64,000 nucleotides of DNA from Candidatus Hydrogenedentota bacterium (GTDB lineage Bacteria; Hydrogenedentota; Hydrogenedentia; Hydrogenedentales; SLHB01), in NCBI GenBank assembly GCA_963668025.2, contig CAXXTH010000010.1:736001-800000 (forward strand), given 5' to 3'. The translations under genes were made by a program, and so were the position numbers. How positions within the stretch are numbered: the stretch's first letter is position 1; each line of letters begins with the position of its first letter. Of this stretch, positions 50,449 to 62,407 are shown piece after piece. Under the pieces are notes generated by a model. The model was not told the DNA's origin. It saw only the letters and a program-made list of their open reading frames with translations, and did no database searches.

Positions 50449-50477
50449 TTGACGCCGGGAATTTTAGGTGCTAGATT
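50449..50477 (+). promoter_or_regulatory. Sigma70-like promoter of TM1266-hydG
   Basis: TTGACG-17 bp-TAGATT with extended TG. Confidence 0.65.
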
Positions 50478-50632
50478 GAATGTATAGATAAACGAAGTGG
50501 TGTGTATCGCAATGTGTCTGCTCGCGTTCATTTTCGCCTGCGGATACAGGGCGCGTAACATTCACCCGACCGCAAGGTGATTCCGAGCGGAAAGGCATGC
50601 ATGCGGCATGAATAAATCATGAATGCTGTTTT

Positions 50633-50672
50633 GCTCCCTTTTCGCGCGGAAGCGCGGAAAGGGGGCTTTTTT
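50633..50672 (+). terminator. Intrinsic terminator inside the 5' leader (attenuator)
   Basis: GCTCCCTTTTCGCGC-GGAA-GCGCGGAAAGGGGGC-TTTTTT, ending 18 nt before the ATG. Confidence 0.8.
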
Positions 50673-50690
50673 ATTTGGAGCGTATGCCGT

Positions 50691-50963
50691 ATGGATAAGA
50701 GGATTGGAATTGTAGGCGTTGTGATTGAAGATATCGCGTGCGCTGAACAGGTCAACGCCGTTCTACATGAATACGGACGGCTCATTATCGGCAGGATGGG
50801 GATTCCATACCGGGAGCGCGGCGTATCGGTCATATCGCTGATAGTGGATGGCAGCAATGATGATATCAGCGCTTTGACCGGCAAGCTGGGCAGGATATCC
50901 GGCGCCTCGGTGAAATCCATGATCACCAAACAAGCGTCCTCATATTCCCGGCAGCCATTGTAA
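50691..50963 (+). CDS. TM1266-family iron-only hydrogenase system regulator (ACT-like)
   Basis: VNAVLHEY...IIGRMGIPY...ISALTGKLG. Confidence 0.9.
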   Translation: MDKRIGIVGVVIEDIACAEQVNAVLHEYGRLIIGRMGIPYRERGVSVISLIVDGSNDDISALTGKLGRISGASVKSMITKQASSYSRQPL

Positions 50964-51037
50964 AGGCAGGTTCGGCGTAACGGGCTTTCCCGGAAACATG
51001 CGTTTCCTTATATGCATAACACGAAAGGAGCAAGACA

Positions 51038-52465
51038 ATGTACAACGTAAAATCCATGGACGCGAACGAATTTATTGAAGATGGAGAGATCCTGGCGTCT
51101 ATTCAGGAAGCAAAACAACTGGCTCAAAATAGCGCGGAAATCGACCGGATTCTGGCGAAAGCCCAGACCTATCAAGGCATCTCCCATCGAGAGGCGGCGG
51201 TCTTGCTCGAAATCGATGACGAAGCGGCGCTCGAGAAAATGTATGCCATCGCTCGGGAGATTAAGGAGACGATCTACGGCAAGCGAATCGTGCTGTTCGC
51301 GCCCTTGTATCTATCCAGCTATTGCGTGAATAACTGCGCCTATTGCGGCTACCGGTGCGCCAATACAATCGGACGGCACCAGCTCACGCAGGAAGAACTG
51401 CGCGAGGAAATCCGGGCATTGCAAGCCATGGGCCACAAGCGCCTGCTGCTGGAAGCAGGCGAAGATGATGAACGATGCCCTATCGAGTACATCCTCGAGT
51501 GCATCAAAACCATCTACAATGAGAAATTCGAAAACGGCGCGATTCGCCGGGTGAATGTGGATATTGCCGCCACCACGGCGGAGAACTACCGGAAACTCAA
51601 GGATGCGGGCATCGGCACGTATATTCTTTTCCAGGAAACCTACCACAAGCCGACCTATCTGGCCTTGCACAGCGGCCCGAAGTGTAACTATGAGTGGCAT
51701 ACGGAAGCCATGGACAGGGCCATGCGGGGCGGGGGCATTGATGATGTGGGCATCGGCCCGCTATATGGGCTATATGACTACCACTACGAAACCGTGGCGC
51801 TGCTGATGCATGCGGAACACCTGGAGGCCGTCAACGGAGTAGGCCCGCACACCATCTCGTTTCCAAGGCTTCTACCGGCGGAAGGCGTCCATTTCGACGA
51901 TTTCCCCTATATCGTCAAAGACCGGGATTTTAAGAAAGTCGTAGCAGTCATACGTATGTCGGTTCCCTATACCGGGATGATCCTCTCCACGCGGGAGAGC
52001 GTCGAATTCCGCAAAGAGCTGTTGGAGATCGGCATCTCTCAGATGAGCGCCGGGTCATGCGTGGGCGTCGGAGGATATGCCCAACGGACAACGGTCGATG
52101 AAAGCGGGCTTGAGGAAAAGCCGCAATTCAATCTTGCAGATCATCGAAAACCCATTGATGTGATTAAAAGCCTAGTGAAAGACGGCTATGTCCCCAGTTA
52201 TTGCACCGCCTGTTACCGGGAAGGCCGGACCGGCGACCGTTTCATGCCGCTGGCGAAATCGGGCCAGATCGGGAATTTCTGTTTGCCTAATGCCCTGCTC
52301 ACCTTTGAAGAATATTTGAAAGATTATGGCGACACCGAATTGCAGGAGATAGGGCAGCAGATGATCGATCGTGAGATTTTGAATGTTCCTAATGAAAAAC
52401 AACGTGAGAGGGCGGTCGATTTTCTCGGCCGCATCCGAAAGGGAGAGCGCGATCTGCGATTTTAA
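51038..52465 (+). CDS. hydG: [FeFe]-hydrogenase maturase HydG
   Basis: CVNNCAYC, LFQETYH, GPHTISFPRL, C-terminal YCTACYR...C auxiliary cluster motif, GERDLRF. Confidence 0.95.
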   Translation: MYNVKSMDANEFIEDGEILASIQEAKQLAQNSAEIDRILAKAQTYQGISHREAAVLLEIDDEAALEKMYAIAREIKETIYGKRIVLFAPLYLSSYCVNNCAYCGYRCANTIGRHQLTQEELREEIRALQAMGHKRLLLEAGEDDERCPIEYILECIKTIYNEKFENGAIRRVNVDIAATTAENYRKLKDAGIGTYILFQETYHKPTYLALHSGPKCNYEWHTEAMDRAMRGGGIDDVGIGPLYGLYDYHYETVALLMHAEHLEAVNGVGPHTISFPRLLPAEGVHFDDFPYIVKDRDFKKVVAVIRMSVPYTGMILSTRESVEFRKELLEIGISQMSAGSCVGVGGYAQRTTVDESGLEEKPQFNLADHRKPIDVIKSLVKDGYVPSYCTACYREGRTGDRFMPLAKSGQIGNFCLPNALLTFEEYLKDYGDTELQEIGQQMIDREILNVPNEKQRERAVDFLGRIRKGERDLRF

Positions 52466-53073
52466 GGCTTGGTGAAGTTGAGTCATTTTCAACGCAGAGG
52501 CCCGGAGAACGCAAAGTATCGCAAAGCATCCACTCTTCTCTATTCTCGAATGTGCGAATAAACGGTTCGAGAGCGGTTTTTTCGTAATGCTTTAGCGGAC
52601 TGAAGCAAGAGCTGTTTTTAGATATAATTTACAAGATTGAACATGATCGCCAAGATTATTCACATATTTGAACCTTAATCTATGAATTGTCCGGGCGTAC
52701 TTTTTTTGTGTAGCAAAATTGCCATTAAAAAAATTGTGTTTCATCTTGTTTAAAAAAATCCCCCATCAATGGAGGTTTGTTATGTATTCGCGGTTCAAAA
52801 AACGGCCCGACGCTTTCATTTCAGATGGCTAAAGTGTTACATTTTTCCTACTTTGCGAATCTATGTGTTCTCCACGCCTTGCGTTGGAAATGATCGTCCA
52901 TATCGAGTTGTAGGAATATCAAGTATAATAGGACAATTTTATCCGGCGATTTTCGGATTTGACACTATTTGATACCGTGAGGCACCATACTTAATCACTT
53001 CGACTTGCATGGCGTCTGGCATGGTGCGGCGGGCCTATAGTAGCCGCGGGGATTCCCACAAAGGCTTGAATTC

Positions 53074-56016
53074 ATGGATGGCGACGCATTTACCATACTT
53101 GCCGCTGAAAGCAATCACGCCGTGTTCCTTATCCGGGGTGGGCATATCGTTTTTGCGAATACCGCTGCGGAATTGCTGCTTGGATACAGCTATGGCGAGA
53201 TGGCGGAGCACACCAATTTTTGGAGCCTTTTTGAGCCAGATGTGCGGTTAAGCATTCTATCGAATGCGCCAGGCCAAAAAGGGCAGCCTGCGGCCAAGCA
53301 TATTGAAACGCGCTTGCGAAGCCTGTCTAATGTGTATCTGCCCGTGAAGCTTTCCGTAATCCCCGCCGAAGAAGGGCAGCTTTGCGTTATTGTACGGAAG
53401 CTTGCGATAGGCAGTGGCTGGGAGGAAACCGCCGCACTGCATATGAGATATGCCGATGCGCTGGCCACGTGCGCCCATGTGCTTTTGGCGACGACCGAAG
53501 TGGAAGCGGCGCTGCCCGCCGCCGCACGGGCGTTGTGTGAAGCGGCATGCGCATGCATGGTGTGCTTCTTCGAGAATGTGCGGGATAATGGCGGCAGCCG
53601 GGGGATGCGGCTGTTGTACGAGGAAGACGCCCAAGGCGGCATGTCCTTGTTTGAAGGGCCGGATGGCCGCCAGATGGCAAGCCAGCCAGATTTTCTGAGG
53701 TGGATATCATTGCTGGCCAGCGAGCAGGCCATGCATGGGCCTATCAGCCAATTGCCTAAAGAGGAGCGTGATTTATTCGCCCAGCATGGGATTGGTTCGG
53801 TTTTGATCTTGCCGGTATGGTCGGAGGGCGTATGGTCCGGCATTGTCCTATTCGGTGCATCAGATAAAAGCCGTTCCTGGCCCGCGCATGAACGCCGCAG
53901 CTTGCAGCTCGCGGCGCAGATTATCGGAGCCTACTTAGCGCGCGGGAGGGCGGAGGAGCTTACAAAGCGCCATCGGGATGAGTTGATGGCGGTGAATCAA
54001 CAGCTCGAGGACGCCATTTCCCGGGCCAATCGCATGGCGCTCGATGCGGAGATGGCCAGCATCGCGAAGAGCGAATTCCTTGCCAATATGAGCCATGAGA
54101 TCCGTACGCCCCTCAATGGAGTCATTGCCACCTCCGGATTATTGGCCGATACGCCGCTCACGCCCGAGCAGCGTGAATATGCGGAGATTATCCGCGTGTC
54201 GGGCGAGACCTTGCTGTCTTTGGTGAATGACATACTCGATTTCTCTAAAGTGGAAGCGGGCAGGCTCGAGCTGGAGAGCATTGATTTTAATCTTCGCGCG
54301 TGTATCGAAGAGACAGGCGATTTGCTCGCGGCGCGCGCGCATGAACAGGGCCTGGAGATGCCTATCCTTATGGAGCGCGGCGCACCGGAATGGGTGGGCG
54401 GCGATCCTTCCCGGTTCCGGCAAGTGCTCCTCAATCTGGCGGGCAATGCAGTTAAATTCACCCAAGCGGGCGAAGTGTGTATACGCGTGGAGGTGGTGGA
54501 GGAATCCGCGGAATCCGTGACGGTTCGAACCAGCGTATCGGATACTGGCATTGGCATCCCACCGGACCGCATTGCATCGTTGTTTAGCCCATTCACCCAG
54601 CTCGATGCATCCACCACGCGGCGCTACGGAGGCACCGGCCTGGGCCTGGCTATTTCCAAGCGGCTTGTTAATGCCATGAACGGAGAGATAGGGGTCGAGA
54701 GCGTGGAGGGAAAGGGCTCGACCTTCTTCTTTACGATACCGTTCCGCAGGCCGTCTGCAAGCCGCGCCATGCCTGCTGGCCATGCAATGCTCCGTGGTGT
54801 GCGCGTCCTGGTGGCCGACAACAACGCGAAAAACCGCCAGGCTTGCATGGAATGCTTGGCTGCTTGGGGATGCGAGGCTTTCGAGTCAGAGTTTGAGAAG
54901 AATGTGTTGTCCTTATTGCGCGGCGCTGCTGGCGCGCCGCCATTCCGCGCCGCGTTGCTCGGAATGAATTCAAGCGATGTTTTAGCGCAAGAGCTGGCCG
55001 CCGCTATTTCCCAGGATGCATCGCTCGCCGGTGTGCGCTTGATCTGGATGGCGCTGGCCACCCAGCGCGCGGAAGGCCAGAAGCTAGCTGCCGCATGCAG
55101 CGGCGCTTATATCGTCAAACCGGTGAAGCAACATGCGCTTTATAATGCACTGGCCGAAGTGATCGGATTTGCGTCCCATGAAGCGGGGGGCGGTTCCACC
55201 GAACGCGCTAATGACGCCGCCCCCGATGAAGCGCAGCGGAAGCAATTCCGAATCTTGCTCGCCGAGGACAATCGGGTGAATCAAAAGGTGGCGGAACGTA
55301 TGCTGGCGCGCCTTGGTTATGGGTGCGATATCGCCGATAATGGCTTGGCCGCCTTGGATGCAGTGTCCCACCGGGTATATGACCTCATCTTGATGGATTG
55401 TCAAATGCCTGAGATGGATGGATACCAAGCGACACAGGCCATCCGGCGGTGGGAGCTGGGCCAGCAGCGGCGCGTCGCCATTGTGGCCATGACCGCCGCA
55501 GCCATGAAGAGCGACCGGGAGCAATGTATCGAATCTGGCATGGATGATTATATTACCAAGCCGGTGGACATTCATGCGCTGGATGCCGTGCTTAGGCGGT
55601 TTCTCGACGCCAAATTGGAATCGCCGCCAGCGGATGAAGCAAAAGACTCAGAAGCCGACATTAACGCGCAAGGCCCCCCGCCGGTGGATTTCACTCGGCT
55701 TGAATCCATTCTGGAAGGCGACCATGTGCTGTTTCAAGAAATCATGAGCATGTTTTTATCCGACACAACCAGCCGCTTGGAATGTTTGCGCAAAGCGGTA
55801 TCAGCAGAAGATATGGCTGAGATCATGCGTCTTGCCCATTCGCTTCGAGGCGCCAGCAGCAATATAGGCGCCATGGGATTGGCGTCCGCCGCGGAAGCAC
55901 TGGAGAAAAGCGCCAAGGCCGGCGATCTGGAAGAATCTGAAGTTGTGCATTCGCGTGTCGAGTCTGAATTTAAGCGAGTACGGCGCGCGCTCGAAGAACG
56001 AATTGGCAGGCAATAG
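53074..56016 (+). CDS. Hybrid sensor kinase PAS-GAF-HisKA-HATPase-REC-REC-Hpt
   Basis: [49 protein letters not shown]. Confidence 0.95.
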   Translation: MDGDAFTILAAESNHAVFLIRGGHIVFANTAAELLLGYSYGEMAEHTNFWSLFEPDVRLSILSNAPGQKGQPAAKHIETRLRSLSNVYLPVKLSVIPAEEGQLCVIVRKLAIGSGWEETAALHMRYADALATCAHVLLATTEVEAALPAAARALCEAACACMVCFFENVRDNGGSRGMRLLYEEDAQGGMSLFEGPDGRQMASQPDFLRWISLLASEQAMHGPISQLPKEERDLFAQHGIGSVLILPVWSEGVWSGIVLFGASDKSRSWPAHERRSLQLAAQIIGAYLARGRAEELTKRHRDELMAVNQQLEDAISRANRMALDAEMASIAKSEFLANMSHEIRTPLNGVIATSGLLADTPLTPEQREYAEIIRVSGETLLSLVNDILDFSKVEAGRLELESIDFNLRACIEETGDLLAARAHEQGLEMPILMERGAPEWVGGDPSRFRQVLLNLAGNAVKFTQAGEVCIRVEVVEESAESVTVRTSVSDTGIGIPPDRIASLFSPFTQLDASTTRRYGGTGLGLAISKRLVNAMNGEIGVESVEGKGSTFFFTIPFRRPSASRAMPAGHAMLRGVRVLVADNNAKNRQACMECLAAWGCEAFESEFEKNVLSLLRGAAGAPPFRAALLGMNSSDVLAQELAAAISQDASLAGVRLIWMALATQRAEGQKLAAACSGAYIVKPVKQHALYNALAEVIGFASHEAGGGSTERANDAAPDEAQRKQFRILLAEDNRVNQKVAERMLARLGYGCDIADNGLAALDAVSHRVYDLILMDCQMPEMDGYQATQAIRRWELGQQRRVAIVAMTAAAMKSDREQCIESGMDDYITKPVDIHALDAVLRRFLDAKLESPPADEAKDSEADINAQGPPPVDFTRLESILEGDHVLFQEIMSMFLSDTTSRLECLRKAVSAEDMAEIMRLAHSLRGASSNIGAMGLASAAEALEKSAKAGDLEESEVVHSRVESEFKRVRRALEERIGRQ

Positions 56017-56037
56017 TTTGGAGTTTATCGCGCAGGT

Positions 56038-58917
56038 GTGGATGACACCAGCGTCATGGAGGTAAAAGTGGTGTCAATGGATGGTGCGGCGCAGCGAAAA
56101 GCAATATCGAGCGGGCCATGTGAAGTGCGTTTTGATGACTTAACGCGGCGTCTCTACGCTACGGATGCATCTATTTATCAAATCGAACCTTTCGGCGTGG
56201 CGTTTCCCCGCACGGCCCAAGAGGCGAGCCATGCCATGCTGGCCGCCGCCGAGGCAGAGGTTTCAATCATTCCGCGTTGCGGCGGTACGGGCCTTGCCGG
56301 GGGTGCCGTGGGCCCGGGGCTGGTGATTGATTTGGCCCGCTACAATCGTAAAATCACCGATCTGGACATTGAACAGCGTACTGTCCGCGTAGGCGCGGGT
56401 GTTGTGCTCGATCAACTCAACACATTTCTAGCGCCGCATGGCTTTTGTTACGGCCCGGATGTCGCCACAAGCTCCCGCGCTACGCTCGGAGGCATGATTT
56501 CCAACAATTCATCGGGCGCGCGCGCTCCCATATATGGCACGACTTCCGAGCATGTGCAATCCTTGGAAGTGATTCTGGCGGATGGCTCGCTCCGGACCGT
56601 GGGCGGCATACGGGAGGGTCTGGAAGAACTCCGTATCGCTGTAGACGGCATTGTCTCACGTGTAGCTCCCGAAGTGGACGCCCGGTTCCCCAGCGGCATA
56701 TGCAAGCGGTGGCCTGGATATGGATTTGATCGGTATTTGCGCGGCGGGCGGGGCCTTACGAAAATCCTAGCGGGCAGCGAAGGCACTCTGGCCGCTATTT
56801 GGTCGGCTGAACTGAATATCGTCCCGCTTCCAAAAGAAAAGGGAGTGGCCCTGTTCTTTTTCGCCTCCGTGCCCGAGGCCATGCAGGCCACGGTGGAATT
56901 CCTCGATTTGAAGCCCGCCGCCATCGAGCATATGGACCGCGCGTTATTCGGGCAAACCCGAGGCCAGCATGCTTTTACCGAGACGCGCCGGTTTTTACGC
57001 CTCGACGAGGAACCTTGCGAAGCGATTTTGATCGTCGAATTTTATGATCACGTGGCCGAAAAACTGGCTGCCCTCGAACAGCGCACTATCGGGTTGCGTT
57101 CCATGATGGTGACGGAACCCTCGGAAATGGCCATGGTGTGGAATCTGCGCAAGGCGGGCCTTTCGCTGCTGACGGGCCGGAAAGGGTCCATCAAACCCAC
57201 CGCCGGGGTCGAGGACGTAGCAGTCCGTCCCGAACAATTGCCCGCTTATGTCGATAGCCTGCGGGAAATCATGAAATGTACGGGCGTCGAGGCTTCGTAC
57301 TATGGCCATGCCGCCTCCGGCCTTCTGCATGTCCGGCCCGTGGTGGATCTACATACCGCCGAAGGCGTCGCCGCGTATCGAAAAGTTGCGGAAGAAGTAT
57401 CGGCGCTGGCCCGGCAGTTCAACGCGTCCCTTGCATCGGAACACGGCGTAGGCATTGCGCGCACGGAATTTTTGCCGGAGCATCTCGGCCCTGAACTCAT
57501 GAACGCCATGCGCGCCGTTAAGCAACTGTTCGACCCGAACGGCTTGATGAATCCGGGTAAAATCCTCCCATCGGACAAGGCCGGACCCTTCCGGATTGAC
57601 ACGAATTTGCGCATGGGCGCGGGCTACCTCATCCATTTGCCGTTCACGCCTGTGCTCGCCTTCGCCGAGAAAGACGGCTCATTCGTGGGCAATCTCGAAC
57701 AATGCAACGGCTGCGGCGGTTGCCGCCAAGATGTGCCCACCATGTGCCCCACGTACCAAGCCACGGGCGACGAACTCATGTCCACCCGGGGCCGCGCGAA
57801 CATCCTGCGCGCTACTTTGGAGGGCCGGTTCTCGGGGAATGGGCAGTTGCTGCTGGCAGCCGAATTAAGCGAGGCCTTGAACAATTGCTTGTCGTGCAAG
57901 GCCTGCGCGGTGGAATGCCCCTCGAACGTGAACATGCCGCTGCTCAAAGCGGAAGTGCTTCATGCCAAACATCAGCAGACAGGCGTCACCTTGCGCGAGC
58001 GAATGATTAGCGGATTCGACGCCATGGGCCAATTGGCCAGCATGACTCCCCGCATCGCGAATGCGTTCATGAACCTCAAACCCGTACGCGTTTTCATGGA
58101 ACAGGCCATCGGTTTCACCTCGAAACGGCCTTTCCCCCGTTTTGCACGGAAACGTTTCGACCGATGGTTTGCACAGCATACGCCCACGGGCGCGGGGGGG
58201 CGCGGGAATGTGGTGTTGTGGGATGACGCCTCCGTGCGATATTGCGAACCGGAGGTGGGCATTGCAGCCGTATCGGTTCTGGAAGCGGCGGGCTACCGGG
58301 TGCGCCTGTTGAAGGGCCGGAAATGCGATGGGCGCCCGGCGTTCAGTACAGGCCGCCTGGATATTGCCCGGAAATACGGCGAGCATAATGTGCGCCTGTT
58401 CCGCCAAGACGGCACGCGTGATCCCATTATCTTTTTGGAGCCTTCCAGCTATTCGATGTTCGTGCAGGATTACCGTGAACTGGGAATCGCGGACACCGAA
58501 GACGTGTCGGCGCGCTGCGTGCTCTTCGAGCAGTTTGTGTATGAGCTGCTCGAAAAGCACCCCGATGCGTTACATTTCAAGAACATCCCCACGAACGTGG
58601 CCATTCATACCCATTGCCACGCGAAGGCGCTGGCCGATCCCGCCATCGGCGAGAAGCTCCTTCGCAAAGCGCCGGGGTGCAGCGTGTCCACGCTGAAGAC
58701 GGGCTGCTGCGGCATGGCGGGCCAGTTTGGCCAATTGCGCGAGAAATATGAACTGTCCATTCAAGTAGGCAAGCTTTTTGCCGAACAGGTCGGTACGATG
58801 CCCGCGGGAGCACGGCTCATTGCCAATGGCACGAGCTGCCGCAATCAAGCGAATCATCTCACCAGCGCACGCCCCGAGCATATCGCCCAATTTCTAGCCA
58901 GCATACTGGCGGAGTGA
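56038..58917 (+). CDS. FAD-binding and Fe-S-binding oxidoreductase (YdiJ / GlcD-GlcF fusion-like)
   Basis: GGTGLAG, GSEGTL, SEHGVG, CNGCGGC, CLSCKACAVECP, CCGMAG. Confidence 0.92.
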   Translation: MDDTSVMEVKVVSMDGAAQRKAISSGPCEVRFDDLTRRLYATDASIYQIEPFGVAFPRTAQEASHAMLAAAEAEVSIIPRCGGTGLAGGAVGPGLVIDLARYNRKITDLDIEQRTVRVGAGVVLDQLNTFLAPHGFCYGPDVATSSRATLGGMISNNSSGARAPIYGTTSEHVQSLEVILADGSLRTVGGIREGLEELRIAVDGIVSRVAPEVDARFPSGICKRWPGYGFDRYLRGGRGLTKILAGSEGTLAAIWSAELNIVPLPKEKGVALFFFASVPEAMQATVEFLDLKPAAIEHMDRALFGQTRGQHAFTETRRFLRLDEEPCEAILIVEFYDHVAEKLAALEQRTIGLRSMMVTEPSEMAMVWNLRKAGLSLLTGRKGSIKPTAGVEDVAVRPEQLPAYVDSLREIMKCTGVEASYYGHAASGLLHVRPVVDLHTAEGVAAYRKVAEEVSALARQFNASLASEHGVGIARTEFLPEHLGPELMNAMRAVKQLFDPNGLMNPGKILPSDKAGPFRIDTNLRMGAGYLIHLPFTPVLAFAEKDGSFVGNLEQCNGCGGCRQDVPTMCPTYQATGDELMSTRGRANILRATLEGRFSGNGQLLLAAELSEALNNCLSCKACAVECPSNVNMPLLKAEVLHAKHQQTGVTLRERMISGFDAMGQLASMTPRIANAFMNLKPVRVFMEQAIGFTSKRPFPRFARKRFDRWFAQHTPTGAGGRGNVVLWDDASVRYCEPEVGIAAVSVLEAAGYRVRLLKGRKCDGRPAFSTGRLDIARKYGEHNVRLFRQDGTRDPIIFLEPSSYSMFVQDYRELGIADTEDVSARCVLFEQFVYELLEKHPDALHFKNIPTNVAIHTHCHAKALADPAIGEKLLRKAPGCSVSTLKTGCCGMAGQFGQLREKYELSIQVGKLFAEQVGTMPAGARLIANGTSCRNQANHLTSARPEHIAQFLASILAE

Positions 58918-59142
58918 ATAAGCGGCCAAGTATGAGATGAAAATAGTTTTTCGAAATCTCCCGTAGCATGGGCGTCTCGCCCATGACGCACATGCTAGAG
59001 CCTATGTTTTATTTCGGTAACAACCGCACTTTATTAACAAACATAGTGTGGGACCGGCGCCTTCGCCGGTCATTCGCCGCAATCGGAAAAGCCCATGGCA
59101 TAACGGCATGCAGTCATAACGTGGAGGAGAATATCGGCGAAA

Positions 59143-61177
59143 ATGGCTTCAAACGTTCACCCTAGACGGCATCTTGAAGTATTGTCTCTTTCTATTTTGG
59201 CTTGCCTGGCTTTTTCGGTTCTGGAACTGATTAAGTTCCAACGCATATATGGATGGTGCGGCGGCGATTTTCAAGGCTGGGCTGGCGTTCTGCTTGGATT
59301 CGGCATTTACCTGGCGCTGGTCTGGGGAGTAGCGGAGCTGGCGCTGGCTGTTGTCCGTATGGCAAGCCGCCAACGGGATTGGATGCCCGTAGTTGCGGTC
59401 TGGTTCTCCTCCTCGCTGGTGTGGTCCGCCGTATGCGCTGGCGGGGGAAATGTCCGCCTGGCCACCATCGTGTGCATGCCGGTGCTTTTGTGTGTTTGCT
59501 TTGTGGGCGCAGGATGGCGGAGAGGTGCGCGCCTGAACCGTTATATCGCGCTGGCCTTGTGTTTCCTAGCTTGCGGCGCGGCGCAAACCGCCTTGGGCGA
59601 ACTACTTTTTTTGTCTCCCCACCGCCTCCTATACGCCACGCCCGCCGCATTGGCGTATGGCTTGCTCTCGGGTTTGTTGCTGCTTTGGATGCGAAGCCGC
59701 TCCTGGCGGGTCCGGTTCGTATGTGCCGTGCTGATGCTTGGCTTGCCGTTTTCGGTTTTTGCCTTGCGCTTCGCGCCAGCACGCGCCCATAACGGCGCTC
59801 CGCCGAATCTAGTCTTGATCACCTGCGATGCGTTGCGAGCAGATTTTTGTTCCGTATATGGCGGGACAACGCCGACGCCCGCCCTCGAATCGCTTGCCCA
59901 AACCGGACGATTGTATGCATCGAGTTATTCGCTTGCCCCATGGACCCTTCCTTCCATGGTGGGCCTGTTTTCCTCATCATATCCGCCAGGCGTAGCGCCT
60001 CATTCCGAGCCTGCGCAGGCTATTCGCGCGCTCACCCGAAACCGCATCCCGGATGAAACGCCCACGCTCGCAGAATTGCTGGCGGCTCGAGGTTATAGGA
60101 CAGGAGGATTCAGCGGCAATCCCTTGTTGCAGGGACCAAACGGCGTATTTCGAGGTTTTCAGGCATCCGCCGCATTCTATAACCGTGCAACCGCTAAAAA
60201 CGGGCCTGTTGCGCCAAGTCCCCATATTGCAGGGAGCGGCGGCCCGCTTTTGGCCGGAGATCGCCCCCGAGCGTCCATTAGACACTACGCGCATCCTCAC
60301 CCGGTACGCCCAGCATTTCATCCGGCGCAACGCCCGCCAGCCGTTTTTTCTCTGGGTTCATTACATGGACCCCCACACGCCGTTGGATCCTCCCGAGAGG
60401 TATCGCTCGATGGCGGGGCCTCGGCCGGTGTTTTGCGATGCCGATCCTCGCTGGGGCTGGAATTCTTTTTCCCGTCAGCCGGTATACAATGATTTGGTTC
60501 TGGATGAACCGGATCGCCGTTACATCGAGTCCTTATATCGGGGTGAAGTGCGGTATGTGGATGAAGGCGTTGGGCAGAGCCTAGGTGTGCTGGATGCCTT
60601 GGGGCTTCGAGAGCGCACCGTAGTATGCCTCACGGCGGACCACGGCGAGGCATTCTGGGAGCATGGCCATTTCGGGCATGGCACAGCATTATATGATGAA
60701 CAAGTCCATGTGCCGCTCCTATTTTCGGGGCCAGGCATTGAATCCGGCCAGGAATCCGCGCCCGTCTCCGCCATCGGCGTCATGCCAGCCTTAGCCAGCC
60801 TTCTTGGGATTCCGGCTCCTCCCCAATGGAACGGGCAATCTTTGCTTGAATCGCCAAATCAGCCTTGCTATATACGCGCTAACAATCCACTTATCACCCC
60901 CGAGCCGCTTGAAGCCGTCGTTTCTCCCTCTAGCGGTTTGAAAGGCATTCACGGCCTCGCATCGAATCGGTTCGAGCTGTATAGGCTTGATGAAGATCCT
61001 GCGGAACAACGTGATTGCAGCGCGGGGCAGCCAGCCGATGCGGAGACGTTGCGCGCGGTGTTGGAGAAGTGGAACGCCGCCTATCCGCCGGGTGAGTCTG
61101 CCGCACAACCCGCGAATGCGGAAGAGGAGATGATGGAGCAATTGCGTAATATGGGATATGCAGGACAGAAAAATTAG
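59143..61177 (+). pseudogene. Membrane-anchored sulfatase-family protein with a frameshift near 60195
   Basis: N-half PNLVLITCDALRAD and WTLPS in one frame; C-half HYMDPH, TADHGE, HVPL, QLRNMGY in the +1 frame. Confidence 0.8.
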
Positions 61178-61221
61178 TGATTTGGTGAGGATTTAGCCGA
61201 TTCAACCGATTTATAGCCGTT

Positions 61222-62322
61222 TTACTTGGATGAAGAAGAGAGTCCGGCTTCGACGTTATCCCAGGATATGAGTTTGAAGTTTTGGTTGTCGGAACCGTTA
61301 TCTCCGTCCTGGACCACAAGCAGTCCCTTTGGATAGGCAGAACCTAGGGATTCATGCGTCACATCCAGCCCATCGGTTTCTGTCACGCCATCAATGCCAT
61401 TGCCTTCTACGATGCGAAAAGACTTTTCGTACGCGTAGGGCTCCGTGCGCTGGTAGAGCACGAACATATTATTGCCTTGGCTTGATGCGATGAGATGCCC
61501 CGCACCATTTTTGCCATAATAAATGGCTAAACCTTCGATATCAGCCGCCAGATGCCCGCGCGGCCCTACGAGATCCACGAGCATGCGTTTGTCCGGATTG
61601 AAATCGGGTTCCGCGCCATAGCGCCAAATACCGATATTCTCTTCAGAAACGAATAGGAAGCCCGCTTCGTCATCCGCCACGCATCCCTCGACTTGGGAGC
61701 CTACGCAGAAGGTGCGCACAAGCTGTGCGCCTATTTTGCCGCCTTCCGTTTCTTCGAGCTTCCATTGCTGGACGGTTCCGTCCTTAGCGTTCACAAAGGC
61801 GAAATACTGGCCTGTTTTCGAGTTATGATACATGCAGAATCCATACGCCTCGATGCCGGTCCGAATGGGCGCGGCCGTAATATCTTCCAGCATGCGGGCG
61901 CCCGGATTCATCCGGTATATCGCCAGCGTATTATCAGAACGATTGCTTGCGGCGACAATATCCGTGGGCTGGCCCGCCAGCGGAAAGCCGTATCGAATAT
62001 CCACATTATTGGGTTTTCCCGTGGCGAGGTCTTGAAGGATATTTCCCTTGAGGTCGAAGACAACGAGCCCGCCTTTCTTGTTGGTTCCTATAATAACGCT
62101 TAGGGCGCGGTCCGTGGGATGCAGCCAGATACATGGGTCATCCGCGGAATCTTCGGGAGTCGAGACTGGGGCAGTCTCCGCACTGGGAGAGATATCAAAA
62201 ACGGCATCTGGTTCCGCGCAAGCGGGCGTGGCGGATATGCTGGCGGCTATTACCCAGAAGAACATGCCGGGAATCCACCTGCGGGAATTGAATGTGCAAC
62301 GAGTCTGCTTCACCAATTGCAT
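61222..62322 (-). CDS. Beta-propeller phytase
   Basis: ADDPCIW, GTNKKGGL, NNVDIR, QVEGCVADD, ETDGLDV, VQDG, QNFKL. Confidence 0.92.
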   Translation of the reverse strand: MQLVKQTRCTFNSRRWIPGMFFWVIAASISATPACAEPDAVFDISPSAETAPVSTPEDSADDPCIWLHPTDRALSVIIGTNKKGGLVVFDLKGNILQDLATGKPNNVDIRYGFPLAGQPTDIVAASNRSDNTLAIYRMNPGARMLEDITAAPIRTGIEAYGFCMYHNSKTGQYFAFVNAKDGTVQQWKLEETEGGKIGAQLVRTFCVGSQVEGCVADDEAGFLFVSEENIGIWRYGAEPDFNPDKRMLVDLVGPRGHLAADIEGLAIYYGKNGAGHLIASSQGNNMFVLYQRTEPYAYEKSFRIVEGNGIDGVTETDGLDVTHESLGSAYPKGLLVVQDGDNGSDNQNFKLISWDNVEAGLSSSSK

Positions 62323-62407
62323 GAGCCTGCTCCTCTTTCTGCTGGATTATGGGATTGCCATTGGAGAGGCATACTAGCATGTATTTATGAGGAAAATATG
62401 AGGAAAG

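Noticed and set aside
51038-52465. Second thiH copy
   Set aside because: The C-terminal auxiliary-cluster cysteines and TM1266 linkage identify HydG
52470-53070. AT-rich 600-bp spacer as a possible ncRNA or small gene
   Set aside because: No convincing structure, repeat or RBS-supported ORF seen
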